Assembly (NCBI GenBank): GCA_964035575.1
Contig: OZ037835.1
Span: 2,046,001-2,110,000, forward strand
Direction: 5' to 3'
DNA: 64,000 nt
Source of the DNA: Rhynchopus sp. YZ270_cl-10
Taxonomy: Eukaryota
Shown here: positions 12,187 to 26,606 of the stretch, one piece after another
Layout of the letters: each line of letters starts with the position of its first letter
How positions within the stretch are numbered: position 1 is the first letter of the stretch
Notes under the pieces: generated by a model
What the model was told of the DNA's origin: nothing
Seen by the model: only the letters and a program-made list of their open reading frames with translations
Database searches by the model: none
Position numbers and translations under genes: made by a program

Positions 12187-13341
12187 ATGAAAGGAGCCAA
12201 TGCGTGGCGTCGTGTCGCGTGGCAGAATGTGGACAGCGCTGCCACGAGGCAGGTGTTGAGCAGCATGGAAGGCATGAGCGTGCTGCCCAGGGAGGTCACC
12301 CCACAGGAGAGTGCGGAGTTCCGGCAGTTCCTCGACAAGTACGTGGAGTGGCCTGTGCTCGACCACAGAACGTTCGCCCCCGGCATGGCGTGGCGCGATA
12401 GACGTGGCCGTGCGCGGCCCAACGCAGAGCTGCCAGCAGGGTATGGTCATATGTGTTCTTCTTTTTTTGACAAATGATTGTGATTGCCTTGATTTGTCTT
12501 TTTGTTAAATAAAGACAAAGGAAAGACAAAAGGGGGAGGTTGTGGTAGCTTTGTTACGCATATTTGTGCACTATTCTGCTTTAGGATTCACTCAAAAGAC
12601 CTTTTATGTGCTTAAATTTAAAAACACTTTTCTTTGCAGACTCAAGAACTGGGACCCCAAGGAGCTCTTCCGTGACATTGCCACACCCGCCGTTGTGGCC
12701 CCGATGCTCAGCCCAGGGCTCAGCAAGCACATCGGCATCTACACCGAAGGTTCTGCAACGCGGCCCGAGACGCTTGTGGGCGCGCTTGTGTACCGTGTCC
12801 TGGACAACAACGTGGGGGAGTTCTTTGCCGTGTCAACAGCACCGTCGCACAGAAGACGTGACCTCGCGACACTTATGCTGCTAGCCATGCTTGAGGACAT
12901 GCGTGCACAGGGCTGTGAGGTATGACACACTTTCCCCCCATTTTAGAATCAAAGTGCGGGAGTGCTTTTTTGTTAAAAACGATCGGTTGTGACTCGCCTC
13001 TGTTCTCTGACGGTACCCCACTCATATCCTTCTCAACCGAACCGCATTTTTTTTAGCACGTTTCCACTCTTTCAAATTTGATTTCTTTTTTTTCTCCACA
13101 GGTCTGCCAGGCATCTATTCCCTCAGCTGATCACGTGAGCAAGCCGTGGTTGGTGCAGTGGCTAGAATCAGCCGGCTTCGAAATGCCCGAGCGTCCCACA
13201 CGCAGTGGCGTTGATATGTTCAACACGACCTCCCTCGAAAGCAGTGCCGCTGCGTGCAGCTATCTCGGCTTAGATGATGATGAGACTCACACAGAGCGCA
13301 CAGCACCCACACCCGATACAGCGACAGCAGCCTCTGCCTAG
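12187..13341 (+). CDS. GNAT-family acetyltransferase, 3 exons (12187-12440, 12640-12919, 13102-13341)
   Basis: Introns GTATGG..TTGCAG and GTATGA..CCACAG splice in frame; GNAT motif A region VSTAPSHRRRDLATLMLLAMLEDMRAQGC; start codon uncertain. Confidence 0.75.
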
Positions 13342-14850
13342 GGTACACACTAATTGTGTATTATTCTCACCTACTAAACACAGGGCCTTTTTTTGTGGGT
13401 TTTGCTGTTTTGCTGGTTTACAGAATACACACAGCAGTAATTCTGGTGTACGACTTATGGGCTTCGCCTTTGTCTAAAGGTGGAACCACAATGCAAAACC
13501 AGACAATTCATGTGTACTTTAACCGTAGAGATGTCGCAACGCAACGGTGCCATTTTGAGATTGTAACCTTCAGAATCTTGCCTGTATCCGTACAGTGTTG
13601 AGGTTATGTGTGGGGGAAAATGGGGGATGCGGGAAGGGTGTGGGGGGGAGGGGCAAAGGGCTGTAGGTGGTATTCTACACCACTATCTGTGTTTGATCTT
13701 TTTTTTTGGATGCTGCGCGATGACGAATGTGATCAAGGTGACTAAGCATGTGGCGCTTAGGGTCATCTTATATAAAATTTTCTTTTTTTTTTTTGCTGAT
13801 GCATTTTGTCGGAAAAGGAATTCCGAAAAAGAAAAAAAGAAAATATCCCCTTCTCCCAATCCATATTATCACACGAAGATGAAACAGACGAAATGGATGT
13901 AGGACTGCATTGGGTTCCACCCCCGATACAGACGGTCATTGTACCAAGGTACACTGCCACGAGCGGGCTTTTTTCAAGTCAACCTATTTTTTTCTCACTC
14001 AAATTTAGAGTCATCAGTCGGATTGCAAAAGACCCTTATCCGTGGTCACCCTGCGGCACCACTCCTGTCCCCTCTGCGCCGGCTGCGGTACGCGCGGATC
14101 AGGTGCAGTGCACAGTCACATCCGTAACCTTCATTCCTGGCACCTTAGTCTCCCACTCCACCTGCGCGGGCAGCCCACAGTTTGTTCATGCGTAAGCCCC
14201 TCCATCCGGCCAGACGAAAAATTTATTTCACAGCAACAAAGTGTGAGAAAAGAAAGCGAATAAAATCAATGCACCCAACCCTCCGGTGAGTCATCAACCG
14301 TGTCCACCAAGAGAAAAGAGAACTTCCTTAGCTGGCATTGTCGGCGTGAAAACTCGGGGGCGCATGCGATCTCCAATGAGTACGACGGTGCACTCCATTA
14401 CCTCCCCCGCCCAAGCCAAAGCCACGGCACCCACCCATGTGCGGGCATCGGACCGGTCACTCCTTTGGGAGCCATGTGTTCCAGCCAGCTCTTCACCTCC
14501 GGCCACGATACCCCAGCAAGCTGGAGGTCCGTCCGCAGCATTTTTTTGCAACTGACGCGCTGGAGAGGCCCTGGCCAAACATGGCGTGTCGGCAGGTGGA
14601 AGCGTGCAATGCAACAAACGGTCGAGATCTGATCAAGCGAAACGGATATATTTTTTTGGTAGGGAAAGAGATGTGAACACTATGCGGTGAAACGCGGTTA
14701 AAAAAAAAGGAAAAAATTGGCGTTCAATTTCCTTTTTCAGCATTGCAATCATAATAAAGGCGAACCACCCCACCATGCAGGAAAAATACACACACCCCCG
14801 GATTTTTTTTAATTTTTTCCAACCCCCCCCCTCCCACCCTTTCCAACACT

Positions 14851-16900
14851 ATGTCCCCATCCGAAGGTGACACCGCACCATGCGAGGGCGACGCTGCTGC
14901 AGTAGCTTCCCCTTCCGTGCCTGCAGAGGTGAATCATGTGCACGACCAGACACAACAACGCAGCCGGAAGAGCACACGACGTGTCAAAAGGCGGAAGAGG
15001 GAGGCTGAAGAGCGGCAGCGCATCGATGCGGCTATGCGTCTTATTGATGACGCAAAGGCAAAAGCCGGCGCGGAACGCACCGAATACGGAAAATACCTTG
15101 CCTGGAAGGTGTCCATGCAACGCAAAGAACGTGCCAACCGCCATCGAGCCGAAGCGCTTCGCGTCTCCGCTGTGGAAGAGAGCCTGACCCAGCTCCTGCA
15201 AGAACACCGTGCAGAGGTTGCGGAAAAAAAGCGGCAGTGGAGGCAATTTGCGGACAACCGAACTGTGTCGCACCACATTGCGACGCAAGACACCCCGGGT
15301 GATACAAGACACCAGGCCTATGTAGAAGAACGGAGACAGCTACGGCAGGCGCGCCAAGCAGAGAGCCGTGCCCTGGTAAAGACCAAAGCTGTCGTCCAAC
15401 CGAACGACCTTGCCCCGAGAGAGCCCAGCCACAGTGCGGCACCGCGAGCCACATACGAAGACTTCATTAAAGGCCTGTCCGATGATGCTTTGGTGCGGAG
15501 AACGGACACCGATAAAGAATGGCTGCAGCAGGGGCTCGAGGATTCTCAGAGGAGACGTGAGGGAAAAATGCGCAGAGTGGAGACCATGTACGAGCTGGCC
15601 GGGAAGAGGAGGGTGGTATGCCCTGGGGTTATCTTTTTCTTTTTGTAGCGTACAAACTCACCCCCCTATTTCGTTTCCCGTTTTTTTTCCCTGACGATAG
15701 CTATTTGACACCGTATTTTCGGTGGCATTTGACACAGCTCATATGAACATTTTAGTATGCGTGAAGACAATATCGTGGTCTCCTCTTCTTTCTTCTACTG
15801 CCCTCCTCTCTTCCTCTTCTCAATACGGCGTTTTTCGGGCCGACAAATACTCCAGCACCTTCTCCTGCAGTCTGACACCCACTTTTGAGATACAGTCATT
15901 AGTCACCTCTAAAATGAGTTAGCGAATGGCATGGCACCAAAGCGCTACTGAGAACTTCTCGCGGTAGGTAGAAGAGTCCCAAGTGGACAGCTTAGCGCGT
16001 AGCACTGCATCCCGAATCTGCTTTTCCCCATTGAACATAAGGTGTTCTCCTCGTTTTATCATACATTCCTTGCAGTACCACAAGGCTGAGATGGCATGGC
16101 GACTCTGCGCATACTTTCTGTTTTCGAAGAGCACGTAGTCTTGCTTCGTGAGGTGGTCCTCTTTCCTCCACTTTCCGACGCGTACACGTTTTCGGGGACA
16201 AATCTCCCGACCAATTTTGAATAAGTTTTCCTGCCTATTCCCCGTACATATGCTACCTTTACTTATAGCAAATCAGTCGATACTTTCCTCTCTTTTACCC
16301 CCTCCACCACCACCATCACCACAGTCCGCCATGGCCACCATGCAACGTGACCCTCCAGCACAATGCCTCATCGCTCACGACGTCTCACGCTATCTACCAC
16401 CTGAGTTCACAAGACATATCGAACGTGAGATCGACGTCAGCATGTCGGGACTCCCTCGCAACGGGAGGACACGCACCGCGACGGCCGAACGCGGGGATGC
16501 ACAGTTCTTCTTGACCGCAGTGTCGGAGGGGAACGCACACGACAGCACCACCCCCGCAGACTGCACACAGGAAGACAACGCTATCGTACCCATGCACAGC
16601 GCGGACCACCAGCCACGGAGGAAAGGGGCGAGCAGTGGTGGGACATTGCTCCCTGTTGGGTGGATGTCGCGCTTTCCGCACCCGCCTCTCCACTACCCAC
16701 TTAGCTCAGAGCGTGAGCGCCGCCAAGATGACGAGCGTGCGCAGCTCCAGACGTACCTCGAGGCTGTCTCGAAGGGGTACTGCAAGCCGCACAACCGCAC
16801 AGAGTTCCACGGCAAGGCTTACTCATGGATGCGGCAGGAGCGGCACGCACTGCCCCGCCCTAAGCGATTTGCGATTGCAGAGTTCTCTGGCAAAGCGTAA
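14851..16900 (+). CDS. Hypothetical coiled-coil protein, probably 2 exons (14851-15615, 16325-16900)
   Basis: Phase-0 GTATGC donor at 15616 and CAG acceptor at 16324 join the two ORFs in frame; E/R/K/Q-rich helical sequence; could instead be two separate genes. Confidence 0.6.
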
Positions 16901-17283
16901 TACGGCGAAGTATAGAAAGGGGGGGGGGAACCGGTTCCCCGGTTCTGAAATGACCGTTCCATATGATGGGGGGGGGAAAGTGTTAGGTGACGAGGTTGTT
17001 ATCAAGAGGGGAAAAGGAAAAAAGGGGGGTGAAAAAAATGATAATGTAAACTAGAAACGAACCCATTTTTTGCATTTCTATGTCGAAGAATGTGGTCAGT
17101 TTAAAAAAAAATATGTAAGTAGCGCTAATTGAGTTTCCTCCTTTTTCAAGTTGGGACAGAAATGAATGGTGGCCAAGTTTAAAAGGAAAAGAAAAACATA
17201 GTGGAGCGCACTCCTCGGGTGTCCACAGTATTACAATGAAGCTTTCAAGGAACAAAACCACCCCCCCCCCCCCCCCTATAGCA

Positions 17284-20200
17284 CACGACGGACTAGTTAT
17301 GGCCATGACAGGTGATATGACAGGTGGTGTTACTAGTTATAAATATGACAGGTGATAATTGAATATTACTAGTCATATGACAGGTGGTACCTGTAAAATG
17401 ACAGGTGCACCTGTCATTTTGACAGGTGCACCTGTCAAATGACAGGTGGTACCTGTCAAAATGACAGGTACCACCTGTCATATGACAGGTGTTTTTGCCG
17501 GTGGCTATTGCCTCCCAGGGAAAGGGACTCTCGAATTTTTTTTTTTGCCCCCTTTTAGGGCGAATTTCGACGATTTGAGGCCATTAAAAGCAAAATTTGA
17601 CACTTTTGAGCATCTATGGGGGTCTAAAACGCGATTTTGCGCACCACGATTTTTCGTGGGATTTACGAAAGACAAGTCAATTTTTGACCCCAAAAAAATT
17701 CACAAAATTGCCCTCGGTGGTCCTCACCCCCACATGTCCTCAATACTGGGCGAAAAAATGCAAAAAAACGCAAAAATCGGGTGTTTTAATCTGGGTGCAC
17801 CAAATACACGGGAGTGCGGTACTAAGCCATAATCAGTTTTTCCGCGCTGAAGAATCCGATGAAGAATTCTTCAAAAAAAAAAAAAGGTACAAATAAAAAA
17901 ATTGAAGAGGTGGGCTGGGGCCCGAAGGGTCGCCCACCTCTTTCATCTTCCTCCCAGCCTCCTCGCCCGAGCCATCTGCCGACTATTTCCTTCCGTTGCA
18001 ACCCGACCTCGGAGATGACAAGGAGTGGGGAGAAGCTCCTGGTGGATCCGGTGAAGCCGGGGACAAGCAGAGAGGAGATGAAGACGCAACTGAAGAAGGA
18101 GTACGGGATAATGCGAGTTTGTGCGACTCGCCTTCTGACCCCCTGTTTCGTCTTGCGAAGATGAGCGGGCATTTTCGTGATTGAAGTTGGTGAAGACACG
18201 TCTCCGCTCACAAGTTGTCGACGAACCCCTTGCTGCACTTTTGCATGCCAAGAACCATCCCGAGGGTACCTCAGTGAGGAGGTGTCCGCAGAGATTCTGC
18301 ATCTCTTTGAATAATATTATCATAAAGATCCACCCCACCCACCACCGTGCGAAAGCTCGGACCCTTTTTAGGCCAGGAATTCTAGTTTCTCCGCCGGAGG
18401 CCCAGAACTTCCGGCGCGCTACGCGCGCCGGGCTCGGGACGTATTTACCTTTTATGCACAAAATCACTATTCTTCATCAAAAATCCCGCTGCATTTTTTA
18501 CAATGTACCCTAATTTTTTTCCGATCCAAAAAAATGGAAAAAGCCCGGGTGCCCGCCCACCCCTGCAAAAATCGACTTGTACAGCCATTGCTTTGGTGTG
18601 GGCTTGTTCACACCGGGCAGAGTGCGAGTTATTCTCAGCAACACGGCCCCGGCCCCCCAGATTTTTCCCGTAAGAAAACCACCTGCGCGAACCATAGGCA
18701 TTTTTTGTCCTCCCTCAAGTGCTCCCTCGAACCTGGCGGGAGGGAGGGAAATAGCTATTTACTGACGCAGTGGTGGGTTTGTATGTCCAATGATGTTCTC
18801 GTACCTGGAGAGTGGACCGAGTGCGAGGTATGTTTTTAACCCCCGGTATTCACCACCCCCGCTCCCCCTTTTCGACATTGTCCCGCTCTGGATGTACGTC
18901 TCGCCTCCGGATGTAAATTGAGGCTATTTTTTCCCGCCCAAATTAGCGACTCAGGATTTGTGCTCCTCTATCTATCTCTTGTTGGGTGTCCACCCCGGTA
19001 CAGCCGGTCATGTACCAAGGTACACTGTTCACGAGAGGGTTTTGTATTTCAAGTCAACTTTTTCTTTTTGTTCTAAATGTCACTTTTGTCCTCAATTTCT
19101 CTTAACAGGTACCCGAACCGACGACCCTTCATTGTGACAGCGAAGCAGTGCCGACGAGCTGGTGCAAATATTTCAAAATCAGGTGGCGACCGAGACCACC
19201 CTAATGAAAAAGTCGGGTTTATAAACCAACTTTTCCATTAACCCACCCCATAGACCACCCTAATTATTATGAAACTCTTAGTCAGTCACTGCTATAGCCA
19301 TTAACCCAGGGAGCATAGCTAGTGCAAGAAATTCGACTTCGGGATCCGGAAAGTCTGTCCTCTGCTTGCGGAGGACTAGACACAAGAAAATATTGCGTTC
19401 CCCAGAAACCAGTTTTTGTCACAGTAATTTTTGCCCAGGGCATGCTCTTGAAGCATGGCGGCTTGGTGTGAGAAGGGGCAGTGTATTGTTTTGTTCTAGA
19501 TTTCAACGGTTGTTAGAACGAGTCAAGTGGATGCTTATCTAAACACTGACTTTAGTACAGACCCGAGAGATCACACATGACTTTGAGGAAAGAACAAAGC
19601 AATGCATCTGTACCCGCACGCCAGGTTGTAGTTACTTCAGAATTTTCTTAAGTTTGCGCGAAAGAGAGCGGGGGCAACTCCTTTGTGTCATAAGTCCGCT
19701 GTGCAGAACAAAGCTAGGAACCTTAAAACACTACCTGCGTGGTGGCTGAATTCACATCCCTTAGAATTACCAGAATTCAGCCTTTGTTGAAGTAACGTAC
19801 ATACTTGTATGTGCGTGTCACGCTTCTCCATCCTTAAATGGGTGCACTGCTTCACTGCAGCGGGTAAGCCTCTCTCGACTAGTGCAAACTTAAGAATTTT
19901 CTGCTGTAACTTACCAAAATCGATTTTCTTTCACCCCAAACACCCGCAACACCCCACCTGCTACTTCGGTAGCCTGTGTTGTTGGGAGTTGGTTCTCATG
20001 TTGATCCCCAGTGTTTTGCACTGCTTCTTCTGAGCCCAACGCTGTTTGGCCTGTCGACGTAATAAATACGAAGACAGGGCGGCGGTGCCAACAATTTTCC
20101 GATGATGTAACGTTTATCTGATTGATTTATCGTTTGATATACCTTGTGTCCTACTTCATGCACACCCAAGAAAGGTTATTGAACGGTACTTTCAAGCGAT

Positions 20201-20471
20201 ACTTCGTTATGTCATTGGGGGTACCTGGGTACCTGGGTACCTGGGTACCTGGGTACCTGGGTACCTGGGTACCTGGGTACCTGGGTACCTGGGTACCTGG
20301 GTACCTGGGTACCTGGGTACCTGGGTACCTGGGTACCTGGGCACCTGGGTACCTGGTGCCTGTATTTTGACAGGTGGTACCTGTCAAAATGACAGGTACC
20401 ACCTGTCAAAAATTTTCACCTGTCATTTTACTAGTAAAATCACCTGTCATGGTCATAACTAGTCCGTCGTG
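17284..20471. mobile_element. Non-autonomous TIR element, CACG...CGTG type, with TGACAGGTG/CACCTGTCA subterminal repeats
   Basis: TIR CACGACGGACTAGTTATG(G/A)CCATGACAGGTGAT at both ends; flanks CA/TA (imperfect 2-bp TSD). Confidence 0.8.
20218..20358. repeat. 8-bp tandem array (GGGTACCT)n
   Basis: Visible tandem repeat inside the element at 17284-20471. Confidence 0.95.
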
Positions 20472-20473
20472 TA

Positions 20474-21316
20474 GGCATACTGTGCAGGCGAGCCGTTTTT
20501 AGGCGAGTTTTTCGTTTTCCTGATTTTCAGGAAAAACTCGCCAAAAACTCGCCCTACTCGCCCATTACTCGCCTATTACTCGCCAAAACTCGCCAAAAAC
20601 TCGCCAAAACTCGCCTAAACTCGCCAAAAACTCGCCTAAACTCGCCTAAACTCGCCCACATTTGGGTGCAAATCCTGGTGCACATACGCACCTTGGGGGT
20701 GAAAATGTGCACCAGGATGTGAAAATGGAGGGCGGGGGTGACTGATGACAACATGCCACTCGAAAACACACAAAAAAATTGAAAATGTGTCACTTGTACG
20801 TCTAACGGCAACCATGTCACGGCAGTGGCTGACAGGTATGTATGTAAACATTTGCTCCAGGGGAAGATCCAGGCGTGCCATAGATCCCGGGTGACAAGAC
20901 GTGCTACAATCCGGAGGATGACGAAGACATGAGCCGGGGCTACACTCGCTATACAACAATGTCCTCGCCATGCCGGTAAATGGCAACCCTGCAGGCCACC
21001 CCTTGGCGGTATTCCCCACGACTACATCGCACCCATCTGTGCAAGCTTCATGGATCCGCAGAAGCTACAGCTGGACTGGTGGTACTGGTTGTGGAAGCCT
21101 ACAAAGCAAACTGTAGAGGTCTTGTTCAAGTGGAACGAAAAAAATTTTCTCTTCAAAACTCAAATTTCCCTCATATTTTCGTGTGTACATTTTTCCCAAG
21201 GTAAAATCCCTACCTAAAAAAAAAACTCGCCAAAACTCGCCCCCCAAAAATAGGCGAGTTTTAGGCGAGTTTTTGGCGAGTAGGCGAGTTTTTTTTACTC
21301 GCCCGCACAGTATGCC
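20474..21316. mobile_element. TA-flanked MITE with GGCATACTGTGC TIRs and ACTCGCC subterminal repeats
   Basis: TA|GGCATACTGTGC(A/G)GGCGAG ... CTCGCCCGCACAGTATGCC|TA. Confidence 0.8.
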
Positions 21317-21318
21317 TA

Positions 21319-22502
21319 GGTGGGGGCAAAACCCCTATTTTTTTGAGGCATTTCGATTTTTTTGGATTTACGTGCAAAGTACCCGCAAACCACCGAAAAT
21401 TTCGGGTCAGAGATGGTTTTGGGGTGTGGTTTGGGGGTGTTCTATAGGTGAGACACCCCAGAGATACAAAAAAATGGAAAAAAATAGCAAAAATAGACCA
21501 TTTTGGCCGTTTGGGCCATTTTGGTCAAATGGCCATTTTTGACCAATATTTCAAAAAAAAAAGCAAAAATTTGTCATCATTAGGCCTGTCTGGGCACAAA
21601 TATGCCCCAAAAATGTCCCGCGAGTCCATTCCGACCTGTTTTGAACACATTTATCGCCTTTTTTGGTGTTTTTTTGGTGTTTTGAGGTCAAAAAAGATCC
21701 CCTGACTATCCCCTGGCAGCCCTGGGCCGCGACTTGCGCCCTGCTTTTGGACCCCCTCTGGGCCAAAAAATGGGTGAAAACCCTCGAAAAAGCACTCCGG
21801 GGACCCAGATAGTTCCATATATCCACCAGAAACCCACCCAAACACCTCAAAAACATGCCAGAAAAATATTTTCAAAAACACACTTTTTTCAAAAAGTTCA
21901 TCTGGGCAGGTTCCATAATGACTTATTTGAAAAAGTGTGTTTTTGAAAATGTTTTTCTGACATGTTTTTGAGGTGTTTTTGAGGGTGTGCGGTGGAAATT
22001 TGGAACTATCTGGGCTCCCAGAGTGCTTTTTCGGAGGTTTTCGCCCATTTTTTGGCCCAGAGTGGGTCTAAAAGCAGGGCGCAAGTCGCGGCCCAGGGCT
22101 GCCAGGGGATAGTCAGGGGATCTTTTTTGACCTCAAAACACCAAAAAAAACACCAAAACAAGTGCCTAAAGTGTCCAAAACAGGTCGGAATGGACTCACA
22201 GGACATTTTTGGGGTAGTTTCGTGCCCAAGCAGCTGTCATGATGTCGAAATTTTGCTGTTTTTTTGATTTTTTTCTCAAAAAATGGCCATTTTACCCAAC
22301 ATGGCCAAAACCGTCAAAAGCCACTTTTTCACTATTTTTTTTGCATTTTTTCATATTCTGAGGTGCCCTAATCATGGATTTTCGGGTCTCAGGGTGTTTC
22401 TGACCCATTTCTGGGGGGTATGAGGGGTGTTGACAGGTTTTTTGCTCACAAAACCACTTTTTCCAAAAATGCCTCACCCGTCCTGAAGGTTTTGCCCCCC
22501 CC
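21319..22502. mobile_element. TA-flanked foldback element with G-run termini and ~440-bp imperfect inverted arms centred near 21910
   Basis: TA|GGTGGGGGCAAAACC ... GGTTTTGCCCCCCCC|TA; arms pair, e.g. 21700-21760 with 22065-22122. Confidence 0.75.
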
Positions 22503-22549
22503 TACCCCCCCCCCCCCCCCCCCCCCCCCTAGCCTAGGGCCCCCCCCTA

Positions 22550-25500
22550 CACGGCGGGGTCCACACACCCGAGGGTCCGTAAATTTTACGGACCCTCTTT
22601 ACGGACCCTCAAGTGCGGACCCGGGTCCGTAATTACGTACCCTAGGGTCCGTAATTACGGACCCTAGGGTCCGTAATTACGTGGTCTAAGGTGGGAAATC
22701 ACTGTTTGGATGTGTGACTGCTGGTCGAAAAGCCCTGGGAGCAAACCGAGTGGTACACAGGTACCACATGATAGACCATGATCATGTGGGCCTATCCCAA
22801 GTTACATACCGAAAAAAGTCGTGAGCTCGGTTAGTTGTCAAAGACGTCTTCCACCATGCACTGAGGAGATAATGATCCAACAATTTACAAGAAAGATTAC
22901 TTAACCTACTGCTGGAAATTGCCAGGTCGTAGTAACACACAAAGTGTGCCTCCGTTCGGGAAGACCGGATATTCTAGAGACCAAAAAGGCCTCAAGAATA
23001 TCTTCCGGTAGTCAAGGTATAACCGAATGAACGGCCCAAGACCCCCGTGGAGAAGTTAAATGTTGTAATGCTATCAAGTAGAAACTGCGAACACTGTCTT
23101 ACCCTCCTCAATACATGGTGGAATATTTCTTTGACAACAAACCGAGCTCAAGAGTTTTTAAACTTCCCTGAGGGAATGCGAGACGCAAAATTTACCACCA
23201 GACCCTGTCTTCGTGCACCTTCGGTGCAACGCTGCAGACAGGCCAAACTGCGTTGGACTCAGAGGAATGCCTGCTGTGCAGTGTATCAATGAGAACCAAG
23301 TCCCAGCAACAAGGGGCGCCTTTTGGCGGGCGTTGTTGAGGGTGTTTGGGGTGCAAAGTTTTCCACAATTTTGATGCGCGGGTACAGAAGTGTTGTCTTG
23401 TTCTTTCATCTCTAGGAATGTAAATGTCAATCGCGTTTAACGACCACTAGGGCTTGTTCAGTGAACCCACAAGGGGTCGAAGGGGGTTGGTTATCCCATA
23501 GCTATCAAAGGTTGTGTCGACCAGGCTAATCCACTATGTTACGCTGTACGTTGTTAAATCCGAAGAAATAACACTTTAGCAGCCGCAGGAAGTTTGTTAA
23601 AAAGAGTGCCTCACGCTACACAAACCACCACCCGCGATTGACTTAGATGTTATAACAAAGAGAATTCAGAACAAAACAACACCCTGCCCCATACACACTA
23701 AATTGTCATGCTTCAAGAGCATGCCTGGGCCAAAATTACTGTTGACCAAAAAGGCAACAAGACCACCCACAAGGAGTGTGAATTGTGCACTGGTTTTCTG
23801 GGGGAACGCAATATTTTCTTGTGTCTAGTCCTCCGCAAGCAGAGGACAGACTTTCCGGAAGGTTTCCAAAGTCGAATTTCTTGCACTAGCTATGCTCCCT
23901 TGGTCAATGGCTATAGCAGTGACTGACTAAGTGTACCCACCCCCCTCCACCCAGATCTTCGTCCGCAAACTCAGAATAGATTGATGCGGGTAGATTTTGA
24001 GTTGTTGAATGTCGGACCGCGGTGAAGCTTCTCATCGCAATCGCGGGTGCAGTTCAGACTTCACGATCCTGTATAAGTGTAAATGTGGGGTGTGATTAAG
24101 TTATGGTATACAAACGTAGTAGTCGGGAAAGGTGAGGTTAATAAAAAAGGCTATTTATTGCCGTGAAATAAGATAGATTTTTTCCACGCTACAGGTCGAG
24201 AGAGTGACCTGCTGCACAAATGGTTCGAGTGAAGCGAGGTGAATTATGTGAAGCGGTAACGAGCGCCTGTGGAACCAAATAGAAACGTAACACTCATCAC
24301 ACGATAAAACCCATGGGAGAGGTTGTGGTGAAACGCACACACCTCGACCTGAGGAGTGGCTCTGCAGCGCGGTTCGTCCCCAGAACCGCAAGTGTGTTCA
24401 AAATGCTTTGTTTCTATTTCCTCCTTCATGTCATGAGGTGACACAAAATGATTGGTGCGTAAAAAAATAGCTATTTAATAGTGTGAACATTACGCGTTTA
24501 TTTCGAGTTGAAAACACGAACAAGTTGAAATATGCGGCATTTTTTTGTTCAATCTTCACTAGTAACTGAAAGTTAAACATAATTACATACCTTGTCTTCC
24601 CCGTAACCTGCGCCTTCGCTGCTTTTAAGGTGCTTTCTCTGGGTGCCCAGTACCCAGTACCCAGTACCCAGTACCCAGTGTCTTCGAGAACCTAAAAATG
24701 CGTTTTGTTGAAATTTTCTGGCTTTTTCTGAACTTTTCCCAGCTACTTTTCTGGTCGTAGCCGACTTTTCTGATCGAGTAGCTATTTTCACTTTTCTGGT
24801 GTATGAGTAGGTTTTCTGGGTGGGAGACTGGATTCTGGGTACAGTGGTGTGTCTGGGCACCCAGGCACCTGGGTACTGGTGTATTTTCGGCCCAGGTACC
24901 CCGGTACACGGTACACTGGTGTAGAAGGAAAAAAGTCGTGAAAAAGCAACCACAGCTCCACATGACAAACACAAAAGTGTCCAGTCACGTGGGGCATTCA
25001 TGCACTGAGGAGATAATGATCCAACAATTTACAAGAAAGATTACTTAACCTACTGCTGGAAATTGCCAGGTCGTAGTAACACACAAAGTGCGCCTCCGTT
25101 CGGGAATACCGGATATTCTAGAGACCAAAAAGGCCTCAAGAATATCTTCCGCTGGTCAAGGTATAACCGAGTGAACGGCCCAAGACCCCCGTGGAGAAGT
25201 TAAATGTTGTAATGCTATCAAGTACAAACTGCGACCACTGTCTTACCCTCCTCAATGCATGGTGGAAGATGTCTTTCACAACAAATATCCTGTACACAGG
25301 TACACAGGTACACAGGTAAAACCCGTTAAAATTGTGTGTGAAAGTTAAAAATAGCTATATTTGCATTTTTCGCCCAGCATTGAGGACACATAGGCCCACC
25401 AAGGGCAATTTTGTGATGTCAAAAAAAATTTTTTTTCGGCCCAAAAATTGACTTGTTTTCGGTAAAACCCACTAAAAATTGTGGTACTCTAAACTGCGTT

Positions 25501-25807
25501 TTAGACCCCCACAGATGCTCAAAAGTGCCAAATTTTGCTTTTAATGGCCTCAAATCGTCGAAATTAGCCCTAAACGGGGGCAAAAAAAAATTTTCGAGAG
25601 TCCCTTTCCCTGGGAGGCTCCGTAATTACGTACCCTAGGGTCCGTAATTACGGACCCTAGGGTACGTAATTACGGACCCTAGGGTACGTAATTACGTACC
25701 CTAGGGTCCGTAATTACGTACCCTAGGGTACGTAATGACACTCCGTAAAGAGGGAGTGTCCTAACATGCCGTTTTACGGACCCTCGGGGTGTGCGGACCC
25801 CGCCGTG
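22550..25807 (+). mobile_element. Non-autonomous CACG...CGTG TIR element (CMC/EnSpm-like), copy A, TA TSD
   Basis: TA|CACGGCGGGGTCC ... GGACCCCGCCGTG|TA; 22-bp palindromic subterminal repeats GGGTCCGTAATTACG(G/T)ACCCTA; orientation label is arbitrary. Confidence 0.85.
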
Positions 25808-25809
25808 TA

Positions 25810-26004
25810 GGCATAGTGTGCAGACGAACATTTTTGGTTCGTCGACAAATGTTCGTCGGTTTTGTTCGTCGACGAACATCGACGAACAGGTCCCTGCCAC
25901 AAGGGCAACCCACGACGAACAACGACGAACATCGACGAACAATTTTTTTTTTTCCCCCCCACGACGAACATCGACGAACATTTTGTTCGTCTGCACACTA
26001 TGCC
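25810..26004. mobile_element. TA-flanked MITE with GGCATAGTGTGC TIRs and GACGAAC internal repeats
   Basis: TA|GGCATAGTGTGCAGACGAAC ... GTTCGTCTGCACACTATGCC|TA. Confidence 0.8.
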
Positions 26005-26006
26005 TA

Positions 26007-26606
26007 GGGGGGGTCAAATGCACTTAAAAAAACGATACAAACGTCATTTTTTCGAGTTTTTGATAAAAACGCATTATTTTGGATGATTGAGTAGAAATTT
26101 TGACCAAGAACCTCTCAAAAACATCGTGGGGGGTGGTTTTCACGCCAGAGGGGGATCACATGCACCCCAAATGGTGAAATTCCAAAAAAAAAAAAAAATT
26201 GCCCATGACTGGTACCGGCCCCACCAATTCCTTAAGGAATTAAATTCCGATTTTTTTCATTTTTTTTGCGATTTTTTTGCTCAAAAATTGACGATACCCT
26301 GTTTTCGGGGCAAAACTCTCTAATTTGGGCAGTTCCGTGTGAAAATATGCAAAAATAGTCAAAAATTGGAAAATCGTTAAGGAAATCGTTAAGGAAATCC
26401 TTAACGACTTAACGTGGGGTACCAATCATGGGCAATTTTTCAATTTTCACGTTTTAGCACCTCCTGGGCCCGAAAAATGGGTCAAAACCGACCGACAAAC
26501 AGTTTTCCACACGATATGTGTCACATTTTCGGGTCAGATTCACTTAGAAATGCGTTTTTATCAAAAACTGAAAAAAGTGGGTTTGTATCACCCATTTGAC
26601 CGCCCC
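26007..26606. mobile_element. TA-flanked MITE with G-run termini
   Basis: TA|GGGGGGGTCAAATG ... CATTTGACCGCCCC|TA. Confidence 0.7.

Noticed and set aside
25620..25735. CRISPR-like array of 22-bp palindromic repeats (also 22620-22680, 31320-31410, 33830-33910)
   Set aside because: Units are contiguous with no unique spacers, there are no cas genes, and the context is eukaryotic; these are TE subterminal repeats
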